Shown one piece after another: positions 55,451-64,000 of a stretch of 64,000 nt of DNA; position 1 is the stretch's first letter; each line of letters starts with the position of its first letter. The notes under the pieces were generated by a model, which made no database searches, was not told the DNA's origin, and worked only from the letters and a program-made list of their open reading frames with translations. The translations under genes and the position numbers were made by a program. The DNA lies in the NCBI GenBank assembly GCA_036172245.1, contig JAYWIR010000103.1:62001-126000 (forward strand), written 5' to 3'. Origin of the DNA: Raillietiella orientalis (Eukaryota).

Positions 55451-58400
55451 CTCCGCCTGCTAACAGGTGAGCCGGAAACACAAGTGAACGCGATGAACGA
55501 GTTGTGCGCCGCCATGCGTGCGCGCAACTTGTTCGCGGGTGAGAGGGGAATGGTCCGCAGCATCGACCACGTCTTCCTCGACGCTGACCTGTGTTCACGG
55601 GTCGGCAAACGGGGGAGGGTTGCGTCAACGTTGTCGGACCATTCCCGGTTAATTTTCGAGATGCGGCCTCGCGACAAAGGACCGCCATTCAGAGACTGGC
55701 GTCTGCCGGGGGACTGGACGCGACTCTCAGGTGCGAAGGAACACCTTCGCGAATACCTGAGAGGCGTCACGCTCCGGAATCTCCAAGACTGGGACCTTTT
55801 TAAGGAATCAGTCCGGGAATTCTGCGAGCAGTTCTCCCTGGACCGCCTGCCCTCCGGATTCGGCGAGGGTCCTCGCAACCATCGGGCGTATTTACAGGCC
55901 CGTAGGTACGAGCGAACCCCTAATGTCCGTCGTTTGGCCGAATACCGCGCCGGGGCCGAACGCCAAGCCTGGCAATCCGGGTCGGCCAGCTTGCTGGACG
56001 ACCAGGGCCGGGAATGTTCGTCCCCGGCGTCGGTACGGCATCTCGTGCGGAGTTTTTATTCCTCCCTTTACGCCAGGGAGCCCCCGGATCGAAACGCCTC
56101 TCGACGCTTGCTTCCGGATGGCACCCCGGCAATAGGGGAGGAAGAGATGGAAAGCCTCGACGAGCATTTTACCACCGGCGAAATTCTCGCCGGTATCAAA
56201 AGGCTCAAGAGGCGTAAAGCTCCAGGGGAAGACGGCTTGCCTGCGGAGTTCTTTCAGAGCTTCGCGGAAGAGCTGGCACCCCTGCTGCTTAAGTTGATCA
56301 GGCTGATCCGAGACGAAGGCGATGTTCCCGCCTCGTTTCGGTCAGCCAGAGTGAGGCTCCTTCCGAAAGGGGGAGACCACAGGAATTTAAAGAACTGGCG
56401 TGCGATCACAATCGTGAATACGGACGCCAAGTTGATAGCAGGGCTATGGGCTTCGCGTCTGGGGCAGGTGGCAGAATCCGTAATTAGCCCGGAGCAGACT
56501 TATGCTGTTCCCGGGCGAAGTATGGATGCCAACCTCTTCTTCGCAAGCACATTAGTGCACCTGCAGAGAAGAGAGAAGAAAGGGATAGGGAAAGTCGGCA
56601 ACCTTACATTGGGGCCACCAGCCGGGCTAGGAAGGCACCCCCGGGCAGGGAAGGGAGCCCTAGCGCTCGCAGTCGATCTCCGGAAGGCGTTCGACTGTGT
56701 AGACCAGGAACTCCTCTTGGAGCTCCTGGGTCGCATGGGCTTCCCACCCTCTCTGATTTCCTACCTGCGCTCTTGCTGGCGGAATGCGATGATTACCGTC
56801 TGTTTCAGTGGACAGAAGGTGTATGGCGTGCCGGTGCGGCGGAACATAAGGCAGGGCGATAGCCTCAGCCCCCTGCTCTTTAGCACCTACTTTGTGTTGG
56901 TGCTGAGAGCGTACAGGGTGACTTTGGCCCCCTTGCCGAGCTCGTGCCCCGGCACGCCCGCCGTAGCAGCGTACGCCGACGATCTTCTGCTCTTGTTGCC
57001 AATGTCCACCCCGGCGAAGGCGGTCGGAGACTTCGATCTATTCAGCCGCGGGACCGGACTGCAGGTTAACAGGGCGAAGTCGTCGGTTGTGCCAATAGGT
57101 GCGGCGTGGGCAAAGCAGCAGGACTGGGTCCGTCTAGGGATCCCCACGGCGATGTGCTTGAAGTACCTTGGTGTGCCGTTGGGGGACTACTCCCCTGCGG
57201 AAGCGTGGTCCAGCTGCCTCCAAAAAGTCGAGACGGCGATCGGCCCGTTCCTGGAAGGCAAGTTTCACTTGCCGGAACGGGCCGCGGTTTGGAACGCCTT
57301 CGCGGCCCCCATCCTCCGCCCCTTGCTTTTTGTTTGCCCTCCCACCGTGGAATCCAAGAAAAGGAAGAAGGACCTCCTCCGTATCGCCCTTTGGGGCAAG
57401 GGGAGGCCCGGAGTCCCACTGAAGGACTTGTGCGCTTTGCGTCGGGACGGCGGTCTTGGCCTCCTGACGCTGGAGCGCGTGGAGAAGCAGCTGCGGTGGC
57501 GAACCCTCGCCATCGCAGCGAAGATGTGGTGCACCCCTTGGTGCACTCCAGCCCGCCTCCTGGCCAGCCGTGTGTCCCGTTGCGATGGACTCGCGTCTTT
57601 TCTTCTCAGTCGTGGCCGGAAGATTCGAAGATGCGGCCTACTGCTCGGGCGCATGGCAACATTGGCCAAGGAGAACAGCTGGATGATTTGGTGCCCCGCC
57701 AACTCCCCCGCCTGGCTGGAGGAAAATATTGGAACGTGGGCAGTGGTTAACAGGACAAGCCACGAGACGTGGAATCGTCTCCGATGCAGCCCCTACGCCC
57801 GCTGCACGCTGCGGAATCTTCTGGAAAGTCCAGCAAGATGCACGTGGGCAGAGACGACCTGTCTAGCTACGGCGCTGCCCTTCCTGAAGAGGGCACTTCA
57901 CAGCAGCCGGACGCCAAGGTGGCAAGTCTCCTGCTGCATCGAGGGACGCGAAAAGTTGATCAGCGGCTGGACAACAGGAGAACTGGCAGACGCCACGACC
58001 CCGAGCGTCCAGCCGCGAGGACTAAGAAGATGGGGCGAGCTGCTGGCCATCCCTATGGATGTGCTGAAGTGGCCCCCGCTTCTTCAGGAATCCAGGATCC
58101 TGCCCCTTAAGTGGAAAGAGTCGGCGTTGCTGTTTTTGCATTGGGGTTTACCCTGCAACGCACGCCGCTCTCACTGGACAAGAGGAGTTGTGGATCCTGC
58201 GTGTGTCAGGTGCGGAGAGCGGGAATCGCTCTCCCACCTTATTGTGGACTGTGCTGCCCTTCGTCCCCTTTGGCAACGGTTTGGGACGATCCTCGGTCTC
58301 CCAACAGGCAGTTCCCCTAGAGACGTTCTTCGGCCCCTCTTCGTGAAGGACGCCCTGCAGCCAGCCGCAGCCCTTGCAGCCTTGTGCTGCGTCCGAGGCA

Positions 58401-58576
58401 TCGTGGCGGCATGGAGCGACACCAACAAGGAAGGAGTGGGTCAACACGCGAGGGATGTCATCCCATATGCCCAACGCTTCTTGCGAAGAGCTGCCGGATG
58501 GCCCCAACTGGGGAATATGCAGACTGACCTCGAGGGCTTCGTTCGACGGATGGGCCCTCTCCACAGCGAACAGTGA
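55451..58576 (+). pseudogene. ORF2 3' segment of A2 (more than 1000 codons open): APE end, RT, CCHC
   Basis: 1046-aa ORF in the track; inactivated by the D insertion. Confidence 0.92.
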
Positions 58577-58796
58577 TCCCTTCCCTGCCCTCCAACTTCT
58601 TTTTGTTTGTTTCTTTTTATTTTACTTTTTGTCTTATCCCCATCCTCCTTCGCTGTCTTGGATTGCCACGCCGGGCTGCGTCCCGGTGTCCCGACAGGTC
58701 CTGTGTTTACGGCCGTGGTGGGGCCTTGTACCACGCATGTAAAGTTTATCAATACACGCCCCGGGCGTACCCGGGTGATAACGCCGAATCCCTTGG

Positions 58797-61441
58797 CGAG
58801 TGGACGTGTGTTTCCTTCGCTCCCGAGTGAGTCGACAGGAAGCGGTTTTTTCTATTGTTGTTTGGTGTGGAACATCGTTGGTGTCCGATGGCAGCAATGC
58901 CTGAGTACACCACGATGGAGGTAGGTGTGAGGGAGGCTTGCCCACCCCCACAGCCTAGAGAATCAGGGGCGTCCGCCCCGGAATCGCCCTCGCCGCCCAA
59001 GGCGAGGAGCTGGAGCGCCATGGTGGCCTCGCCGAACGCGGAAACCGTGGACGAGATGGCGGCTTACCGGGCAGCTGGGTACAAGCCCAGCTTGGTGTAT
59101 CAGGTAGGCCCCTTATTTGACGGAAAAACGGCACGCGCGTTTTCGAAAGCGCTGCAAAACGCCGGAGTTAGAGAACAAGATCTTGACGGTTTGTCCGTTC
59201 TCAGCGGAGGTCAGCGAGTCGAGGTGGTGTGCAAGGAGATCACCTTGGCTCAGACTCTGATCACCAACCCGTTGAACGTCGACGGCCGCAAGATCTTGCC
59301 GGTGACGATGGACCGCTCCGTGGTGGTCCATCTCACTGGAATAACTAGCCGTATGATTCGCTCTGCGGTAGCACAAGAACTTCGGAAGTTCGGCGAGGTG
59401 CACGCTCTGTGGCCTAAGCCAACAATCTTTGAAGGCTTCAATAGCCATTTCGGAGGTCAGGCTGCAGCGCGGGTAACCGTGAGTAAGGATTGTGGGCTTC
59501 CCCACAAGCTGGAGGTCGCGCAAGGGAGCGTGGACCTCTGGTACGTGGGAAAGCTCCGGTATTGCGGCTACTGCGATACCGTAGGACACCTTCGCAAGAG
59601 GTGTCCTAACATCCAATGCTACATGTGCGGGGAGAAGGGCCACGTTCGACGTGTGTGCCCAAAACGCCCCACCCCGGTTCCTCCTGCAGCGAAAAAGGCG
59701 CAGGGGAAACGCGCACTAAAGGTCGCAAAACCTATGGCGGACGATGGCCGGCTGAAACTGCCAGATCCTCAACCTCCAAAAGAAAAGACGGAGGGTAAAC
59801 CTTCCCAAGAGGCGGAAGGTGAAGAGGGCTGGCAACTTGTAGCCGCCAGAAAAGAGAAAAAAGCTCCTTGAAAGGAGAAGAAAGAAAAGTCGACCGCTAA
59901 GGCAAAAAAACCCGGGCCGCGTTCGAAAACCGTACGCGAGTGCACGGTGGCATTGGAACGTATCGTCGTTCCTGAAGATGCCACCCGGGGCGACGAACCT
60001 CCCCTTGCCGTTTCCGATGCGCCCGAAGTTCGCGACGGCGAACCCTCTGTGCAAACAGAGGGTGAGCCGCGCGACGGGCCGGTCGACACCGAGGACGCCG
60101 CGTTCGCGCAGGCGGCGGAGGAGCTCGCGGCCACGCTGGCGGAGCGTGAGAACCGCTCACGCAAGGCCGTGCGAAGGCCTGCTCCCGCGAGAAAGGCCCC
60201 CACAGGTGAGTTGGACCTGGGGGCCCGAAGCACATCCTCCTCCTCGGAGGCACCCCCCAGGAAGTCGGGACGCAAGTCCCAGAAACCCAGGAGGCGCCTC
60301 TTCTCCACCAGCGAGGAGGAGAAACCGGAAGGAAGCGGCAGCGTGGGAATCCCGGAGGGGGAATACCCACGTCCGGAAGCCGTCGAGTCTGCCACCCCCA
60401 TGGAGGAGGGAGAGCAGGGGGGTGAAGTCCTCCCTGCAGTCGCGAAACCTGAGCAGCCCGAACCCATGGAGGAAGGCGAACAGGTAGGCGCGACTCCACG
60501 TGCGGGTGATCCGGCCGACGCGCCGGCAGCGATGGAGGAGGAGGAAAAGGTGCCTTCAGTACCTGTCCCTCCTCCCCCTCCACCTAGCGTCCCGTCCCAG
60601 CAGGTGGCGGACGCCGCATCGCCGTTTTCCCTGGACTAACACCTGGGCTCGCCAGTCGCCGTCGGATTCGCGCCGCCTGTTGGAACGTCAACGGGCTGCG
60701 CGACGACGGCAACAGGCGAGATACAGCCGACACCCTGCGTGAGCTCGACCTGGCCCTGCTGCAGGAGATCCACGTGATCACCGCGGCAGACGCCCAGGAG
60801 ATCGAGACGATCGCGGGGGGTCGGTTGTATTGGCAGTGCGGCCTCCGCAACACCTGCGGGGTCACGTTCTTCGTGAAGCCGGCCATCGACGCGGCCGTGA
60901 AGGGCGTGCGCTTCGATGACGAAGGTCGGGTCGGTCAGCTGATTCTCAGCTGGTCCGACTCGATCGAATTGATCGTCACGAATGTGTACGCCCCCCGCGG
61001 TAAACAGGGATACAGCGACCGTACCAGGCTGCTGGATTCCCTGAAGCGCGACTGGCTGGCGGACACGAACGTGCGGAAGGCTCACCTGATAGCGGGAGAT
61101 TTCAATCTCCGTCTGCTACCAGGTGAGCCAGAAACACAAGAGAACGCGATGAACGAGTTGTGCGCCGCCATGCGTGCGCGCAACTTGTTCGCGGGTGAGA
61201 GGGGAATGGTCCGCAGCATCGACCACGTCTTCCTCGACGCTGACCTGTGTTCACGGGTCGGCAAACGGGGGAGGGTTGCGTCGACGTTGTCGGACCATTC
61301 CAGGTTAATTTTCGAGATGCGGCCTCGTGACAAGGGACCGCCATCCAGGGATTGGCGTCTGCCGGGGGACTGGACGCGACTCTCAGGTGCGAAGGAATAC
61401 CTTCGCGAATACCTGAGAGGTGTCACGCTCCGGAATCTCCA
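58797..61441 (+). mobile_element. Subfamily A copy A3, 5' part (ORF1 58888-60639 with one in-frame TGA at 59869; APE 60639-61441), interrupted by C3
   Basis: 5' CGAGTGGACGTGT; breaks at GVTLRNL. Confidence 0.93.
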
Positions 61442-64000
61442 TTGAAACCCGGGTGCGCCGGGACGTTTATTCTAACGAATAAACTTATACAATCTGTGAC
61501 TGGACCAGTAGTCCAGCCACGCCCTGGAAAGATATAGCCTGCCGGGCTACCGGTGCGCAGACCGGCGCGGTCGACCTCGGCAGCAGAGGGGAGGGGGAAC
61601 GAAACAAAAAGAAAACAAAAAAATAAACAAAAATCAGGGAGGGAGCGGGAAGGGATCACAGTCTGCTGGGAGGGCCCGTCATCCTCTGGAGGATGCCGGC
61701 AAGCTGTTTCTGCTTGTGTGGTTCCAGATGGGGCCATCGCGTCGCCATCCTGAGAAAACGGGCAGCATACACGTTGGCATCCCTGTCGCTGGATCCTCCC
61801 GTCGCTTTGCTCCATGCCACGACGATCCCGCGTAGGCAGCACAGGGCTGCAAGCGAGGCCGCTGGAGGCAGGGCGTCACGGACGAAGAGGGGGCGCAAAG
61901 CGTCTCTAAGGTTGCCTCCGGGGATCCCCGGGGCTGCGGCAAAGCGTTCCCACAAGGGACGGAGGGCAACACAATCCACTAACAGGTGGGGGAGGTATTC
62001 CCTCTCCCCGCACCTGACACAATTAGGGTTGACACCCCCCCGCGTCCAGTGGTGTCGGCGGGCGTTGCAAGGAAGCCCCCAATGCAACACCATCAGTGCC
62101 GACTGTTGCCACATCATGGGGAGGGTGTGCGAGTCCATGAGCACCGGGGGCCACTCGAGATGTTCCTCTGGAACATCCAGTAGCTCTCCCCAGCGCAACA
62201 GTCCATTTGGGGTGGTCCTCGGGGTCGCAGCGTTGGTGAGCTGACCCGTTCTCCAATCCACGATCTTCTTTGCCCTGCTGTCGATCTTGACAGTAACCTC
62301 CCATTGTGCCGCGACGTCGCTGCCCAGATGTTCCCGTAGGGTAGGCAGTACCGCAGCAAGGGAGGTTCTTTGTGCCCACGCTCTCCTTCGGGGATTCTCG
62401 ATGATTTCTCGGAGCGTGCGGCGGGCATGCGGCCCGAACAGAGCTATTCGCTCGTGTTGCGGGCTCTGCTCCTGAATCATCGCCCACGTGCGGACGGTTT
62501 CCTGCAACCAGGCAGGGCCGTTCGCGGGGCGTACGAGGATCCGCGCCGAGTTGTTCTTCACGAGCTTGGCCGCCCTCCGAAGTTGAAGTCCGCAGTGGCA
62601 GATGGGGCTTCGGAGTGCAAAGTAGGACGAGAGTCCCGCATTGCCGGTGGCCCGCTCGACGAGGAGACGTGCAGGGAGGCACCAAGGGGTGCACCAATTT
62701 CCTGCCATAAAGGCAACAACTCGGAACTGGAGCTGTAGCTCCAGCCGCTCCAACGTCAGGAGGCCCAGACCACCATCCCGAAGAAGAGCGCACAAGTCCG
62801 AAAGACGGACTCGGGGCCTCCCTCTGCCCCAAAGGGCGATCCTCAGGAGGTCCTTCGTCCTCTTCTTTGACTCCGCTGAGGGGGGGCAAACAAAAAGCAA
62901 GGGGCGAAGGAGGGGGGCCGCAAACGCGTTCCACGCCGCGGCCCGTTCCTGCAGGTAGAACCTGCCGTCCTGGAACGGGCCGATCGCCGCCTGAGCCTTC
63001 TGAAGGCAGCCGGACCACGCTTCCGCAGGGGAGTACTCCCCCAACGGCACACCAAGGTACTTGAAGTACCTCACCGTGGGGATCCCCAAACGGACCCAGT
63101 CCTGCTGCCCTGCCCACGCCGCTCCGACTGGCATTACGGACGACTTCGCCCTGTTCACCGTCAGTCCTGTTCCACGACTCAGCAGGTCGAAGAAGTCCTC
63201 GACCGCCGAGGCCGGGGTGGACATAGGCCGCAGCAGCAGAAGATCGTCCGCGTACGCCGAAACCGCAGGCGTACCGGGGCAATCGCACGGCAGGTGCGCA
63301 AGAGTCTCCCTATACGCTCTCAGCACCAATTCGAAAAAGGCGCTAAAGAGCAGGGGGCTCAGGCTGTCTCCCTGCCGTATGCCGCGTCGCACCGGTACTC
63401 CGTGCACGGTTTGCCCGCTGAAAAGAACATTAATGAGCGCGTCGCGCCAGCTGGAGCGCAGGTAGGCCAACAAAGAGGCCGGGAAGCCCAAGCGTTCCAG
63501 AAGCTCCAGCAGGAGATTCTGGTCGACGCTGTCGAATGCTTTACGCAAGTCGACAGCGACCGCAAGGGCTCCCTTCCCCACCCAACCGTTCCGTCTCCCG
63601 CCAACGGACGCACCGGAATTCCGGCTGCTCAATAAGCCCCTTCCTTGTTGGAGCTCTAACCATGTGGAAGCGTGGAACAGGTTCGCCTCCGTGCTCCGCC
63701 CGGGAACAGCATAAGTCTGTTCCGGGCTGATGAAGATGTTGGCGACCCGTCCCAGGCGCTCTGCCCACATCTTGGCTATCAACTTGGCGTCCGCATTCAC
63801 TATTGTGATGGGACGCCAGTTGTTCATGCTCCTTAGGTCTCCTCCCTTCGGGAGGAGCCGCACCTTTGCTGAACGAAACGAGGTGGGAACGTCACCTGTT
63901 TCACGGATCAGCAAGGTGAGCTGATGTACCAGGGGAGTAAGCTCAGCCGCGAAAGTTTGGTAAAACTCCGCGGGCAGGCCGTCCCCCCTGGAGCCTTCCG
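61442..64000 (-). mobile_element. Subfamily C copy C3, 3' part; continues beyond the window
   Basis: 3' UTR nearly identical to C2; target copy at 61425-61441. Confidence 0.94.
61656..63914 (-). CDS. ORF2 of C3 (partial, 752 aa open): RT + C-terminal CCHC
   Basis: NWRPITIVN, DLRKAFD, RQGDSLSP, YADD, CVRCGEREYLPH; apparent 1-nt loss near 63985. Confidence 0.85.
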   Translation of the reverse strand: MLIRETGDVPTSFRSAKVRLLPKGGDLRSMNNWRPITIVNADAKLIAKMWAERLGRVANIFISPEQTYAVPGRSTEANLFHASTWLELQQGRGLLSSRNSGASVGGRRNGWVGKGALAVAVDLRKAFDSVDQNLLLELLERLGFPASLLAYLRSSWRDALINVLFSGQTVHGVPVRRGIRQGDSLSPLLFSAFFELVLRAYRETLAHLPCDCPGTPAVSAYADDLLLLRPMSTPASAVEDFFDLLSRGTGLTVNRAKSSVMPVGAAWAGQQDWVRLGIPTVRYFKYLGVPLGEYSPAEAWSGCLQKAQAAIGPFQDGRFYLQERAAAWNAFAAPLLRPLLFVCPPSAESKKRTKDLLRIALWGRGRPRVRLSDLCALLRDGGLGLLTLERLELQLQFRVVAFMAGNWCTPWCLPARLLVERATGNAGLSSYFALRSPICHCGLQLRRAAKLVKNNSARILVRPANGPAWLQETVRTWAMIQEQSPQHERIALFGPHARRTLREIIENPRRRAWAQRTSLAAVLPTLREHLGSDVAAQWEVTVKIDSRAKKIVDWRTGQLTNAATPRTTPNGLLRWGELLDVPEEHLEWPPVLMDSHTLPMMWQQSALMVLHWGLPCNARRHHWTRGGVNPNCVRCGEREYLPHLLVDCVALRPLWERFAAAPGIPGGNLRDALRPLFVRDALPPAASLAALCCLRGIVVAWSKATGGSSDRDANVYAARFLRMATRWPHLEPHKQKQLAGILQRMTGPPSRL

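Larger units (their letters stand above)
47101..58781 (+). mobile_element. Full-length subfamily A copy A2 (47101-49534 + 55443-58781), split by element D
   Basis: ORF2 reads HLIAGDFN up to 49534 and resumes FNLRLLTGEP after 55443. Confidence 0.95.

Overview
Eukaryotic DNA, about 90% of it a dense nested cluster of L1/Tx1-clade non-LTR retrotransposons. Each element has ORF1 (CCHC zinc knuckles) and ORF2 (APE endonuclease, reverse transcriptase, C-terminal CCHC). At least 16 full or partial copies fall into related subfamilies, labelled A-G here for convenience. A lower-GC island at about 11.6-16.5 kb holds degenerate TTAGG-like repeats and unassigned ORFs. The most notable signal is at the junctions. 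The elements insert into each other at fixed nucleotides, mostly antisense. A-type copies hit the 'GFG|E' codons of the EN-RT linker of several subfamilies including C, while C copies hit the 'TLRNLQ' codons of A (17-bp duplication). This gives reciprocal retrotransposon-on-retrotransposon targeting and head-to-tail arrays spaced by one target copy. All 3' ends lack poly(A) and stop 4 nt after an AATAAA+hairpin motif. A covarying stem-loop lies in the 3' UTR, all intact 5' ends carry GGACGTG, and subfamily A replaces the TAATG ORF1/ORF2 stop-start overlap with TAACA (no AUG). The host species cannot be determined from the sequence. All alignments were made by eye.
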